From an uncultured Pelagibacteraceae bacterium (lineage in GTDB: Bacteria; Pseudomonadota; Alphaproteobacteria; Pelagibacterales; Pelagibacteraceae), in NCBI GenBank assembly GCA_902559605.1, contig CACEIC010000001.1:41056-105055 (forward strand): a stretch of 64,000 nt of DNA. The letters run 5' to 3'. This document shows, one piece after another, positions 10,416 through 20,584 of this stretch (the first letter of the stretch is position 1; the number at the start of each line of letters is the position of its first letter). The notes under the pieces were generated by a model. It was not told the DNA's origin, did not search any database, and saw nothing but the letters and a program-made list of their open reading frames with translations. The position numbers and the translations under genes were made by a program.

Positions 10416-11397
10416 AGTTCAAATTTTCTATATCTTTTAAATAATTAAAATTACTAAGAAATTTTTCAAAATTACATCCATTCTCTAATTTGTATGCAAA
10501 TCTAAGTTTTGCTGACCTTGAGGGAGGATTGATATTAATCTCAGTGGATGATGGGGTTATTGGTTTTTTTTTGGTTAAATTAAAATACTTTTTAGTTGAA
10601 ACACTTTTGGGTAGATACCTAGAAGAATTTTTTACTTCTGAATATTCTTTAAAAAAAAACTTTACTATTTTATCCTCGATAGAATGGAAAGTAACAACTG
10701 CTATTACTCCACCAACTGGCAAAATATTATAGGCTTTTATTAAACCATATATCAGCTCGGTTATCTCTTTATTTACAAATATTCTAAGAGCTTGAAAAAC
10801 TTTAGTAGATTTATTTTTTCCACTTTTATTTTTTTTTACATTTTCAATGATTTCTACTAAATTTTCTGTTTTAATTTTCTTATTTTTTCTTAATTGTACT
10901 ATTTTTTTTGATATTGGTTTTGCATATTTTTCATCGCCAAAATACTTGAAAATTTTAAAAAGACTTTGTTGGGTCATTTTTGAAATTACATCGTCACAAG
11001 AAAAATCATTTAATCCCATTCTCATATCTAGTTTGCCTTTGCTATTAAAAGATATACCTCTATTTAGATCAGATATCTGATTTAATGAATATCCCAGGTC
11101 GAAAATAATTGCTTTAATATTATCTTCCTTTATTTGATCAATATCTGAAAATTTTTTGTTATAAAATTTAAATCTTTTTTTATACTTTGTGAGGAATTGA
11201 TTAACTAAACAATTGACAGAATTATCTCTATCTAGTGCTATTATATTATTTAAGTTATTCTCTAATATCTTTCTTGAGTAACCGCCTGCACCAAATGTGC
11301 AATCAATAAATGTGCCACCATAAAGAGGGGAAATAATACTAACTAATTCGTTTAGTAATACTGGAAAATGTTTTTCCAGATTTATGGTGGCATTCAT
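10405..11397 (-). CDS. rsmH: 16S rRNA m4C1402 methyltransferase RsmH (MraW)
   Basis: HFPVLL, DCTFGAGG, LDMRM, FQALRIFVN, FHSIED and SRSAKLR motifs. Confidence 0.96.
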   Translation of the reverse strand: MNATINLEKHFPVLLNELVSIISPLYGGTFIDCTFGAGGYSRKILENNLNNIIALDRDNSVNCLVNQFLTKYKKRFKFYNKKFSDIDQIKEDNIKAIIFDLGYSLNQISDLNRGISFNSKGKLDMRMGLNDFSCDDVISKMTQQSLFKIFKYFGDEKYAKPISKKIVQLRKNKKIKTENLVEIIENVKKNKSGKNKSTKVFQALRIFVNKEITELIYGLIKAYNILPVGGVIAVVTFHSIEDKIVKFFFKEYSEVKNSSRYLPKSVSTKKYFNLTKKKPITPSSTEININPPSRSAKLRFAYKLENGCNFEKFLSNFNYLKDIENLNFDA

Positions 11398-11415
11398 TTA
11401 TTTTTTTGAAGACCA

Positions 11416-12861
11416 TTAATTTTTTTGTCTTCTCAAAAATGCTGGAATTTCTAAATCTTCTTCTTCCTCAGAGTTTATCTCTTCTGGAGAAGTTGATAAC
11501 TCCTCGTTAGCATCTGAATTAAATAGCTCAGGAGTATCATCATCACTCAACTCAAAATTCTCTAAACCATTATTTTCAGATACTTGCTCATCTATATTGC
11601 TTTCAAATTCAGAGTTTACTGAGCTAGCTACAGGTGCTTCGGATTGCTCTAAATCCTCACCATATATAGTGCTTGATAACTCATTTGCATAATTAGTATC
11701 TATGCTTTTAGAACTCAATTCTTCATTTTTTTCTTCTTCCTCTATTTTAAGAGCGTTCGCTCCATTAGTAATTATTGAGTTATTATTAGTAAATTGGAAA
11801 GATTGAGTTGATGTAGAATTTGAAAACTCAGAATAACCTGGATTTCTATTTTGTATTCTATGCACCATATTTATTACCGATTTAGGCTCAGGTTGTTGTC
11901 CATCTAATGCAGTCGCAACAATTGAAACTCTCATTAATCCATCCAAACTATCATCAGTTATAGCTCCTATAATTAATTCTGCCTCTGGATCGACTTCTGC
12001 TCTTACTTTATTCACAGCTTCATCTACTTCAAATAATTTTAAATCTTTACCTCCAGTGATATTAACCAAAAGTCCTTTTGCCCCTTTTAAAGAATAATCG
12101 TCAATCAATGGATTATTAATTGCTGACTCAGCGGCTTTGACTGCTCTGCCTTCTCCTTCAGCTTGACCTGTACCCATCATAGCTTTGCCCATTGAACTCA
12201 TAACAGTCTCAACATCAGCAAAATCTAAGTTAATAAGACCCGGTCTAACCATTAAATCAGTTATACTTTGAACACCATGAAGCAAAACATCATTTGATAA
12301 AGCAAAAGATTCTTCAAATGTTGTTTGTTCACTTGCAATCTTGAATAAATTTTGATTTGGAACAACTATAATAGTATCAACATGTTTTCTAAGTTCTTCT
12401 AAGCCTTGTTGAGCTTTTCTCATTCTTGACGGGCCCTCATATAAGAAAGGTAGAGTTATAACCCCGACTGTTAAGATATTAAGTTCTTTAGCAGCTCTAG
12501 CAATTACATGAGCAGATCCAGTTCCAGTCCCGCCACCCATTCCAGCTGTAATGAAAACCATATTTGCACCCTGCAATATATTTACAATTTCATTTAGAGA
12601 CTCGTCTGCAGCAGCTTGACCTATATCTAGTTTTGCACCTGCTCCTAACCCTTTAGTTAAATTTAATCCCATTTGTATTTTTGTTTGTGCCTTACTTAAT
12701 CTTAAATCTTGAGCATCTGTATTAACCGCAATAAACTCTACCCCCTGAAGACCAGCATCAATCATTCCATTTATTGCATTTCCTCCAGCACCACCTACTC
12801 CTAATACTAGAATTCTTGGTTTAAGTTCTTTTATATCTGGTGTTTTAAAGTTTATTGTCAT
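11416..12861 (-). CDS. ftsZ: Cell division protein FtsZ
   Basis: [16 protein letters not shown] tubulin signature, NLDFAD, C-terminal [10 protein letters not shown]; SD AAGGGGAG upstream. Confidence 0.98.
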   Translation of the reverse strand: MTINFKTPDIKELKPRILVLGVGGAGGNAINGMIDAGLQGVEFIAVNTDAQDLRLSKAQTKIQMGLNLTKGLGAGAKLDIGQAAADESLNEIVNILQGANMVFITAGMGGGTGTGSAHVIARAAKELNILTVGVITLPFLYEGPSRMRKAQQGLEELRKHVDTIIVVPNQNLFKIASEQTTFEESFALSNDVLLHGVQSITDLMVRPGLINLDFADVETVMSSMGKAMMGTGQAEGEGRAVKAAESAINNPLIDDYSLKGAKGLLVNITGGKDLKLFEVDEAVNKVRAEVDPEAELIIGAITDDSLDGLMRVSIVATALDGQQPEPKSVINMVHRIQNRNPGYSEFSNSTSTQSFQFTNNNSIITNGANALKIEEEEKNEELSSKSIDTNYANELSSTIYGEDLEQSEAPVASSVNSEFESNIDEQVSENNGLENFELSDDDTPELFNSDANEELSTSPEEINSEEEEDLEIPAFLRRQKN

Positions 12862-12872
12862 TTTCTCCCCTT

Positions 12873-13328
12873 TTAGTTATTAAATTGTTTTTCCCATTTA
12901 AGACTTGCTCTATTAATATTTGATTTTTTTCTAGCGTTTGCCCTAAATTTTTCAAAAAGTGTTGGTTCCCAGATTTGAAACGTTTTACCTTGACCAACAA
13001 ATAACATGCTATTCTTAATTTTTGCATGTTTTAATAATTTTGGAGTTATTTGTACTCTTCCTTCACTGTCAAATTGTAAGTTTGTACTTTCAGATAATAT
13101 AGAAGTTGCAAAATAATCTTTTTTTTCTTCAAAAGGGTTGAGAGAGTCAATTGCATTTGAAATTTTTTCTATTCGATCTTGTGGCCATGCCTCAATACAC
13201 TGATTATTAAAAGATGGATAACAAATTATACCATTATAGCCAATATTTGATAAATAAGATCTATATGATGCAGGCACCGAAACCCTTCCCTTTTTGTCCA
13301 ATTTGTTTTCGTAAGTTGATAAAAACAT
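12873..13328 (-). CDS. mraZ: Transcriptional regulator MraZ
   Basis: Two DxxGR boxes (DKKGRV, DSEGRV) and FQIW. Confidence 0.95.
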   Translation of the reverse strand: MFLSTYENKLDKKGRVSVPASYRSYLSNIGYNGIICYPSFNNQCIEAWPQDRIEKISNAIDSLNPFEEKKDYFATSILSESTNLQFDSEGRVQITPKLLKHAKIKNSMLFVGQGKTFQIWEPTLFEKFRANARKKSNINRASLKWEKQFNN

Positions 13329-13348
13329 AAACCATATAATCCTAAATT

Positions 13349-13372
13349 TGGGTTTTTATGGGATATTATGGG
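13349..13372. promoter_or_regulatory. Putative MraZ-binding direct repeats
   Basis: TGGG at 13349, 13359 and 13369 with exact 10-bp period, just upstream of mraZ. Matches the known TGGGN-N5 MraZ box architecture; here the repeats read on the + strand. Confidence 0.6.
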
Positions 13373-13454
13373 TTTTATTAGTTAGCGTCAATAGCTAATA
13401 TTATTGAACTCTAATGTAAATATTTAATAATTATTTGGATTAATTTTAACGAAA

Positions 13455-13812
13455 TGCCAGATAAATTATAAGCCGGGTTCTGTCGTTTAAACTTATCATT
13501 TATCTAGGCTTTAAATCACTTTAAAGCTCAAGCAACTAACCCTGATGACTAGCCAAAGACTGCTTTCTGCTATTTCTAACAATGTCATCTCTACTCAGTC
13601 TTGCTCTCAGTGGGGTTTTCCATGCGCTAGTTGTTGCCAACTTAGCCGGTGTGCTCTTACCACACCTTTTCACCCTTGCCTTGATAAGGCGGTTTATTTT
13701 CTGTGGCACTGTCCCTAGGGTCTCCCCCGCCAGCCATTAACTGGCACTGTGTCTTTGTAGAGCCCGGACTTTCCTCTTTAATAAATTAAAGCGATAAGTC
13801 ATTTATCTGGCA
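13455..13812 (-). ncRNA. rnpB: RNase P RNA (bacterial type A)
   Basis: Minus strand has GAGGAAAGTCCGGGC near the 5' end and ACAGAACCCGGCTTAT near the 3' end; the terminal P1 helix pairs TGCCAGATAAAT with ATTTATCTGGCA. Confidence 0.96.
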
Positions 13813-13852
13813 CGATTAGAATTATTCTTTTTTTTAAAAATTTCAACTTATT

Positions 13853-14593
13853 TTAATTCAAATAAATCAATGATTTTAATATTGCATCACACTCTTTATC
13901 AACAATACTGCTAATTAATTCAGGTCTAAATCTTCTTTGAAAATTTTTTAATATTTTGATTTTATCAGATGGATTATTTGTATATTTATAACCAAATTTA
14001 AATAATAATTTGTAAAAACTTATATTATTATCTAACTTAATTTTTCTCAATTCTTTACAATTTCTTTCACTTAAATTGTGCCATATAGATAATTTATTTT
14101 TGTAAAATAGTTTCCAGGGAAATTTTTCTCCTGGATCTTTTTTTCTTAAAGGCGCAATATCAGAGTGTCCTAAAATATTATTATTTTTAATTTTGTATTT
14201 TTTTTTTAATTTTTTGGATAAGATTATTATAGATTTAATTTGTTTTTTATTAAACTCTTTATAACCATATTCGTGTCCAGGATTTGATATCTCAACACCT
14301 ATAGATTTTGAATTAAGAAACTTGTCTTTTTTCCAATAAGAAATACCAGCATGCCAAGCAATATATAAATCTGGAACCATATTTATGATTTCACCGTTTT
14401 TTTTTATGAAATAATGACAACTTACTTTTGAATTTTTGTCTGTCAGCTTTTTTATTGCTCCAATTTCAGACTTCATGCCAGTGTAATGAAAAATAAGATA
14501 TTTTACTTTTGAAATACTTCTTTTTTTTGGATAAAAATTTGGGGAGTAGTTTATCGACATTTTTTCAACATTTTTTAGCATAAATTCAAACAT
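13853..14593 (-). CDS. N-acetylmuramoyl-L-alanine amidase (AmpD/AmiD, Amidase_2 family)
   Basis: HYT, VSCHY, AWHAG, SIGVE, GHSD, KxDPG and FQRRFRP motifs. Confidence 0.92.
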   Translation of the reverse strand: MFEFMLKNVEKMSINYSPNFYPKKRSISKVKYLIFHYTGMKSEIGAIKKLTDKNSKVSCHYFIKKNGEIINMVPDLYIAWHAGISYWKKDKFLNSKSIGVEISNPGHEYGYKEFNKKQIKSIIILSKKLKKKYKIKNNNILGHSDIAPLRKKDPGEKFPWKLFYKNKLSIWHNLSERNCKELRKIKLDNNISFYKLLFKFGYKYTNNPSDKIKILKNFQRRFRPELISSIVDKECDAILKSLIYLN

Positions 14594-14633
14594 TTTATCT
14601 TTATATTACTATCTAATATAATATAACTAATAT

Positions 14634-15431
14634 ATGAAAAAGGTCTCTTCAGTTTTAACAAGTCTAATATTATCATTATTTATCAGTTTCGCATATGCAG
14701 GTGAAGATGGAAAAATAGAGATTAGTAAAAAAAGTAACGGTTATGTGGAAGCAAAAGATTGTTTTGAAAGTATAAACAGGGGAATTTTTGCATTTAATCA
14801 GGGAATAGATAAAGTTATTTTTAAACCACTTGCAAAAGGATATAGAATGTTTCCTCAACCAATTAGGTCAGGAACCAGCAATGCTCTTACAAATTTAAGC
14901 AATGTGGTAACAGTTCCTAATAACGTTCTACAAGGACAATTTAAAGATGCTGGAGTAAACACGGCAAGATTTATTATCAATTCAACATTAGGCATTGCGG
15001 GGATTTTTGATGTTGCATCATATTATGGATTGAAAAAACGTGATAATGAAGACTATGGACAAACATTGGGTGTTTGGGGAGCAGGAGCAGGATGCTATTT
15101 TGTGTTACCAGTTTTAGGACCAACAACAGTGAGAGATTCAATTGGTTCCGTTGTCAATTTAATTGGTGGAGATGCATGGTATAATGTTACAGTTGTTAAT
15201 GACACTCAATACTTTTCTGAAGCAGATTATTATATTTCAAGAGTTCTTGATGGAATTGATTTTAGGGCAAAAAACTTAGAGTCATTTGATAGCCTTGAAA
15301 AGAGCTCAGTTGATCTTTATGCTTCAGTTCGAAGTCTTTATTTGCAAGACAGATATAGAAAAATTCAAAATATAGATGAGACAACTGACACATTAAGTGA
15401 TGATGACTGGGAAGAATTAGATAGTCAATAA
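14634..15431 (+). CDS. mlaA: MlaA/VacJ family lipid-asymmetry protein
   Basis: FESINRxxFAFN, RFIINSTLG, EDYGQTLG and LPVLGPTTVRD motifs. Confidence 0.93.
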   Translation: MKKVSSVLTSLILSLFISFAYAGEDGKIEISKKSNGYVEAKDCFESINRGIFAFNQGIDKVIFKPLAKGYRMFPQPIRSGTSNALTNLSNVVTVPNNVLQGQFKDAGVNTARFIINSTLGIAGIFDVASYYGLKKRDNEDYGQTLGVWGAGAGCYFVLPVLGPTTVRDSIGSVVNLIGGDAWYNVTVVNDTQYFSEADYYISRVLDGIDFRAKNLESFDSLEKSSVDLYASVRSLYLQDRYRKIQNIDETTDTLSDDDWEELDSQ

Positions 15432-15444
15432 TTTATCTTTAGAT

Positions 15445-16035
15445 ATGAAGGTTATCAAATTTTTAATTTTTTTCGTAATTAGTATTAATTTAAATAATTT
15501 TACTTATGCAAAAGACCCTAGTGATCTTATTAATGGTATTGTAGATGAAGCCGCGTCTATATTGTCAAGTGAAGATCCAGTTGAGTCTAAAATAATAAAA
15601 TTAAATGCAATTGCAGAAAGAAGTGTAGATATAAACGGAATTGGATTATATACACTTGGAAAGTATAGAAAAACAATTGATGAAGAACAAAAATCTAAAT
15701 ATCAAAAATTGTTTCGGAGTTATTTTTTAAAGAGTTTTTCTAGTAGATTGGTTGATTATACAAATCCAAGAATAAATGTTGTTTCACAGAAAAAAATTAA
15801 TGATAAGTATACCATTGTTAATAGTATTTTAGAAGCAACATCAAAAAGACCACAAGTTAAAATTGACTGGAGAATATATACTAAAAATCCAGAAAGACCT
15901 TTGATAAGAGATTTAATTGTTGAAGGATTAAGTTTAGCAAGAACACAAAAAGAAGAGTTTAATTCTATAATTCAGAATAATGATGGTGATATAAACGCAT
16001 TGTTTAAAACACTTGAGGAATTTTTAATTAAATAA
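15445..16035 (+). CDS. mlaC: MlaC/Ttg2D phospholipid-binding periplasmic protein
   Basis: Signal peptide, DLIVEGLSLxxTQKEEF motif, adjacent to mlaA. Confidence 0.9.
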   Translation: MKVIKFLIFFVISINLNNFTYAKDPSDLINGIVDEAASILSSEDPVESKIIKLNAIAERSVDINGIGLYTLGKYRKTIDEEQKSKYQKLFRSYFLKSFSSRLVDYTNPRINVVSQKKINDKYTIVNSILEATSKRPQVKIDWRIYTKNPERPLIRDLIVEGLSLARTQKEEFNSIIQNNDGDINALFKTLEEFLIK

Positions 16036-16620
16036 TTAGTAGAATCCTATTTCACCTAAGCAAATATCTGATTTAAAATTATCAAAACCTGCAACTAACC
16101 CAACCGATTTTATACTTTGCCCCAATATACTTTTAGGTTGATAAAAATTTGATTTTTTAAATTGTTCAAATGGTGCTCTAATTTCAATCCAATTTTTTGT
16201 TGAAGTAAAAGTATAACTGTAATACTGCCAAGGAGCTAATGTTAAACCAGTTCTTAAATGAAGATTATAATTTTTTTCATTGCCATAAACTTTTAAGTAT
16301 AATCCTTTATAGTCTTTACTATTAATTTCAGGACTTAATTTTGCTCTCATTTGTATAAATCCACCATTATTTTTGGTGGATACATCACCAGTCATTCTAT
16401 AGCATACCACACCTTCAACTTCCTCAACTATAAATTTTCCTGTTGATATACCTCCCATTACTTGATCAGTAATAAAATTCCATTTTTGAGATTGATTTGT
16501 TATTTTAGGATTTTTTAATTGATCTAAAATCATATCCTTAGAGAAAACATTATTTTGACATATTAAAAATAAAATTAAAAATATTATTTTTTTCAAAATA
16601 GAGCTACTTTTTTTTTGCAA
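16036..16620 (-). CDS. CIA30/NDUFAF1 family protein
   Basis: WxFITDQVMGGIS and GxVSxxNNGGFIQMR motifs. Confidence 0.85.
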   Translation of the reverse strand: MQKKSSSILKKIIFLILFLICQNNVFSKDMILDQLKNPKITNQSQKWNFITDQVMGGISTGKFIVEEVEGVVCYRMTGDVSTKNNGGFIQMRAKLSPEINSKDYKGLYLKVYGNEKNYNLHLRTGLTLAPWQYYSYTFTSTKNWIEIRAPFEQFKKSNFYQPKSILGQSIKSVGLVAGFDNFKSDICLGEIGFY

Positions 16621-17059
16621 GTTGTTGGAGAAGATAAATTTCTTTTTCAGTCAGGGTATTTTTTTCATCTTTAATTTGGTCCTCTAAACTGAATAAAGTG
16701 ATTAATGAAAAAAAAGCCACTAAACCAGTTAATAAAACAAAGTAAATTGAGCTCAAATTAACAATGACAAGTATTATAAAAACACTTGTCCACCCAATAA
16801 AGACACCTCTTAAAATTGTTCTATGACTCTTTAGATCAGGTATTTTTATAAACTGGATAAATAAAAGTATTAAAAGGAACATTATTCCTGAAATAGACGC
16901 ACGCAACAAGACTAATGTGTCTAATCCTCCACCATACAATTCTCGATGAATTAGATATGCAACAACTCCTTTGTAAGCAAAGTAAAAAAGAATTACAGAA
17001 GAGACTAGTATTGAAACATAGTAAGATATCTTATGACTGATTTTAAATTTAAACTTCAT
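16604..17059 (-). CDS. Hypothetical membrane protein (~4 TM)
   Basis: 151-aa ORF with four hydrophobic segments; no family recognised. Confidence 0.65.
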   Translation of the reverse strand: MKFKFKISHKISYYVSILVSSVILFYFAYKGVVAYLIHRELYGGGLDTLVLLRASISGIMFLLILLFIQFIKIPDLKSHRTILRGVFIGWTSVFIILVIVNLSSIYFVLLTGLVAFFSLITLFSLEDQIKDEKNTLTEKEIYLLQQLAKKK

Positions 17060-17131
17060 TTTATATATGTTGATAATACAGTTATTACATAAATTTTGAA
17101 AAACTATAATTTATAATAATTTTGCTTGATT

Positions 17132-17208
17132 TGGTGGGCCCGCCAGGACTCGAACCTGGGACCAATACATTATGAGTGTACTGCTCTAACCAACTGAGCT
17201 ACAGGCCC
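17132..17208 (-). tRNA. tRNA-Ile2 (CAU, lysidine-modified type)
   Basis: GGGCCTGTAGCTCAGTTGGTTAGAGCAGTACACTCATAATGTATTGGTCCCAGGTTCGAGTCCTGGCGGGCCCACCA folds as a cloverleaf with a CAT anticodon. C4-G69 and C5-G68 (TilS determinants) favour Ile2 over Met. Confidence 0.88.
17169..17208. repeat. att core, left copy (40 bp, tRNA nt 1-40)
   Basis: ATTATGAGTGTACTGCTCTAACCAACTGAGCTACAGGCCC, identical to 26331-26370. Confidence 0.95.
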
Positions 17209-17311
17209 TTAAAATTATCATGTAATTACAACAAAATTAAAATTGATACAAGTTAACTTTACAAACAATAGATTGAATTTTCATGTAATTTTATGACTAA
17301 ACTTTGCATTC

Positions 17312-17333
17312 GTTGGTAAATAGTTGGTAAAAA
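17312..17333. repeat. Arm-type-like repeat, left copy
   Basis: GTTGGTAAATAGTTGGTAAAAA (two GTTGGTAAA units, 11-bp period), identical to 26237-26258. Confidence 0.85.
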
Positions 17334-17337
17334 ATTT

Positions 17338-17817
17338 CTAAGTTTTTTTCCAATGATTTTTGAAAATTTTAATTCTTTCATTATTAACGTTTTTAAATAC
17401 CCAAACTTTAGTGTTGTATTGATTTAAAATTCTATCAAACTCAATTTTTGATTTATTCAAACACTCAATGAATAATAGTCCTTTTTTTCGTCTATTTTCA
17501 GGTCTATGTATTCCTTGGCCACCTATTTTATTATCATAATCTTTTAAAGGCGTAGTTCCTCTTTTTAAAAGCAAACTGACGTATTCTTTAGATCCAATTT
17601 CTGCAATTTTACCAAATTCCTCTGTGCTGATATAATCTTTACCTAAATCATACACTCTTTTATAATTTCCTGATCCAATAAATTCTTTTTCTTTAATATT
17701 TAAAAGTTCAGTCTTAGTTTTAGCTTTAAAAATTTTTCCAGTTGATGTTTGCTTCCAACACCATTGGTTTTCAGTAATACTAAAATAAAAACTGTCTTTA
17801 TTGTATCTATTCATCAA
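17338..17817 (-). CDS. Hypothetical protein (island)
   Basis: 159-aa ORF co-oriented with the other island genes; no family recognised. Confidence 0.6.
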   Translation of the reverse strand: MMNRYNKDSFYFSITENQWCWKQTSTGKIFKAKTKTELLNIKEKEFIGSGNYKRVYDLGKDYISTEEFGKIAEIGSKEYVSLLLKRGTTPLKDYDNKIGGQGIHRPENRRKKGLLFIECLNKSKIEFDRILNQYNTKVWVFKNVNNERIKIFKNHWKKT

Positions 17818-17845
17818 TTTTGTAAAATTTATTTAATTAAATTTT

Positions 17846-19945
17846 TTAAATTGTTTTGAATGTTTTTTCAGAAATTCCATTTATTCTTAATTTCTTATAT
17901 TTTAAAATTTCTCTAGCCATTTTTAAAAAAGAAGTATTTTTTAATTCTGCTGCTTTTTTAAATTCATAGCCATATATCCAGATATCTTTTAACTTTTTTA
18001 ATTTTTTTAACTTATTGAAATCAGTGTAACCATTGACTAAACGACTTATAACGCTACCTTCTTTATTATACTTTGTAAAATAATTGTAATATCTTAACTT
18101 TTCAAAAGTTTTTATTTTTTCAAAATTTGGAAAATCATCTACTTGTAAAATTCTGTGCATAAAATACAAATCATCGTTGCTTCCAGCGTATCCTTTGTGG
18201 TGGATATACTCATCGTTAGGTTTGTCCTCTTTAACTTCTTTTGGAACAACAACCTCAAAATCTTTCAATTTTTTTGGATAAATATTTTTTGGAAAATCAA
18301 CTTCAGATGGGGATATTAAATAACTGTCAGCATTTATTGTAAGTCTTTCTAAATTTGGCAACTTGTATAAATTAACAAAAAACGATTTAGTAGTTTTTGT
18401 ATCAATTATACATGTATCTAAATGTAAATGTTTCAGTTTCTTTAATTTTGATAGAGGTGTCCAATCTTTAATATACTCTATATTAGCTAATACCAATTGT
18501 TCAATGTTCTTTAGTTTTTCAATTTCTTTTAAATTTTTTGAGTCTCTTAAATCAATTTTATCTATTTGAGCGTATTTGAGTTTTTTATCTATTATATTTT
18601 TTAGATAAAGACTCTCTTTATTAAACTTATTTGCTATTAATTTTCCATGTTCGTTTTTATTTAAGTAACAACCTTTAATACCTTCTATAACAATTTTGAC
18701 ATGACCTTCACCCATATCATCTTTTGTCTCCTCATTTTTATAACAGTGCAAATAGACTGGATAGGAGCCTTTATTTGCTGGAAAAATAATTCTAGTTATT
18801 GAAAAATCAACATTCTCTCTTAATTTATAACCATCAAATAGTTCAGCTACTCCCTCTGAGGAAGATATTTCAAGTTTTTTTTCACTGAGTTTCTTTTTTT
18901 TACCTTTTTTTCCAAATGAGGGTAGGTCTAATTCTTGAGGTTCAATATCTTTAATTATTCCAATTATAAAATCTTCAAATTGTTTTTTTCTTCTTTCAAA
19001 AGCTTTCTTAAAGTTTTCTTTAAACAAAATCTTAGTTTGTTTCTTTAATATTTGAATAGCTTTTGGAAGACGATTAGAAATATATTCTGCAGAAATTTTA
19101 ATATCTTTATCTATTTTTAAATTAAAATTAGAACTAAAATTTTTATCTTCATCATAACCAACTTCATCAACTTTAGATAAATAATCTTTAAAAATATATT
19201 TTGTTGGATAACAATTTTCATCTAATAAATTGCTAAATAGTTCCACATAGGAATAGTTGATCGGTTCTTGATGGGGTTCTAATTTTTTATGTATTACTGA
19301 AGAACTAAAACTCGATGATTGAGGCCTGGTAATAAGGCCATAAGAAAATTTAACAATTAGTATTGGCGTAGTATTTTGGAAAATTCCACCTTTTTTAAAA
19401 TAGTTTAAATCAACATGTTCTTTGAGCTCTGAGTCACTATCTGTATAACCAGGTCCGTCATTCCAACCTAATAACCATCTTAATGGACCTGCATGATCAC
19501 CTACTGCAATAAGACCAGATCTTAAGTTTAAATCAAATAATTTAAATCTATTTTCAGAAACTTTGTTAAAAAATTGATCATTAAAATCTGCCTTATCCCA
19601 CCAAAAAGATAAATAACTTTGTCTGTCCTTAGGATGACTTTGATATTCTGCAACTGTTGCGTCAGCAAATATTTTTCTAATTCTATTTTTAGAATCAACA
19701 CCGACATAAACAGAGTAACCACCATCAGCTCCATTGCTGAATGAGATAGAATTATATTTTGAAGCATCTATATTTTTAAATTGGTCTGTAACCTCTTTAA
19801 GACTTGGAAAATCACTTCCTGTAACAAAATCATTACTTAGTCTTTCACATAAATCACCAACTGTAACAGTAGCTGCATCAACAGCATTCATTTCTAATAA
19901 ATAAATATCTGTTATTGGATATGGGTCTCTTATTTTTTTTGACAT
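17846..19945 (-). CDS. Protein with a DUF4241-like N-terminal region and C-terminal leucine-rich repeats
   Basis: LRR-type units (IEKLKNIEQLVL, LSKLKKLKHLHL, LYKLPNLERLTI, LKKLKKLKDIWI). N-terminal VDAAT...SNGADGGYSVY and LRSGLIAVGD resemble DUF4241 motifs from memory. Confidence 0.6.
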   Translation of the reverse strand: MSKKIRDPYPITDIYLLEMNAVDAATVTVGDLCERLSNDFVTGSDFPSLKEVTDQFKNIDASKYNSISFSNGADGGYSVYVGVDSKNRIRKIFADATVAEYQSHPKDRQSYLSFWWDKADFNDQFFNKVSENRFKLFDLNLRSGLIAVGDHAGPLRWLLGWNDGPGYTDSDSELKEHVDLNYFKKGGIFQNTTPILIVKFSYGLITRPQSSSFSSSVIHKKLEPHQEPINYSYVELFSNLLDENCYPTKYIFKDYLSKVDEVGYDEDKNFSSNFNLKIDKDIKISAEYISNRLPKAIQILKKQTKILFKENFKKAFERRKKQFEDFIIGIIKDIEPQELDLPSFGKKGKKKKLSEKKLEISSSEGVAELFDGYKLRENVDFSITRIIFPANKGSYPVYLHCYKNEETKDDMGEGHVKIVIEGIKGCYLNKNEHGKLIANKFNKESLYLKNIIDKKLKYAQIDKIDLRDSKNLKEIEKLKNIEQLVLANIEYIKDWTPLSKLKKLKHLHLDTCIIDTKTTKSFFVNLYKLPNLERLTINADSYLISPSEVDFPKNIYPKKLKDFEVVVPKEVKEDKPNDEYIHHKGYAGSNDDLYFMHRILQVDDFPNFEKIKTFEKLRYYNYFTKYNKEGSVISRLVNGYTDFNKLKKLKKLKDIWIYGYEFKKAAELKNTSFLKMAREILKYKKLRINGISEKTFKTI

Positions 19946-19956
19946 TTAATTATTCT

Positions 19957-20331
19957 TTAAGTCCTTTTTGTATTTGCACTCATTAAATCTCTTTGTTTTT
20001 TTGTTCTAGCTCTGTTTCTAAATGTATTTTCATCAATAATTTTTTTCTCAAATTCAATAATACTTTCTCTTGTAGAATGTTTATATACATCTTTTAAAGG
20101 TTGTTTGCTTTTGCCCGAATGTCCAAAAACTAATCCTAATCTTTCTGTTTCTTTTCTGGATAAAATTTTTGATCTATTGTTTTTTCCTTCGCCTCTAAAA
20201 TCTTTTTTAGTCCAATTTCGAGGATAACTATCAATTATTTTTTGTATTTCTTTATCCGATCTAATTTCCCACTGATTAAAACCATTAGGATTTCGATTGT
20301 AATCTCTATTCTTTTTTGTCATTCTTTTCAC
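19957..20331 (-). CDS. Hypothetical basic protein (island)
   Basis: 124-aa ORF overlapping the upstream ORF; the true start may be the internal ATG (MTKKNR) after AAGGTG. Confidence 0.6.
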   Translation of the reverse strand: MKRMTKKNRDYNRNPNGFNQWEIRSDKEIQKIIDSYPRNWTKKDFRGEGKNNRSKILSRKETERLGLVFGHSGKSKQPLKDVYKHSTRESIIEFEKKIIDENTFRNRARTKKQRDLMSANTKRT

Positions 20332-20584
20332 CTTTAAGCATTCTAATTTCGGTTTCTATCATTTCAAGTTTATGCCGATCATATATATAGCTAAAGTACT
20401 TTAATGTGTTGTAAGGTAAAAAATATAATTTTAAGACTAAATTTAAAAAAGGTTTATCTTTGTAATATAATTTCTTTGCATTAGCAGCTAAATGCCTATG
20501 AGTAAGTGACCATCCAAGATAGTTTCTCCATTCTATTCTATTTTCTAATCTCTCTTTTATTATTTCATCTAGGTTGTGCTTCAT
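20306..20584 (-). CDS. Hypothetical protein (island)
   Basis: 92 aa, ATGA overlap with the upstream ORF. Confidence 0.6.
   Translation of the reverse strand: MKHNLDEIIKERLENRIEWRNYLGWSLTHRHLAANAKKLYYKDKPFLNLVLKLYFLPYNTLKYFSYIYDRHKLEMIETEIRMLKGEKNDKKE

Noticed and set aside
16036-17059. CIA30 and membrane-protein genes as part of the island
   Set aside because: They lie outside the direct repeats, beyond the tRNA 3' end, and I saw no further tRNA fragment there.
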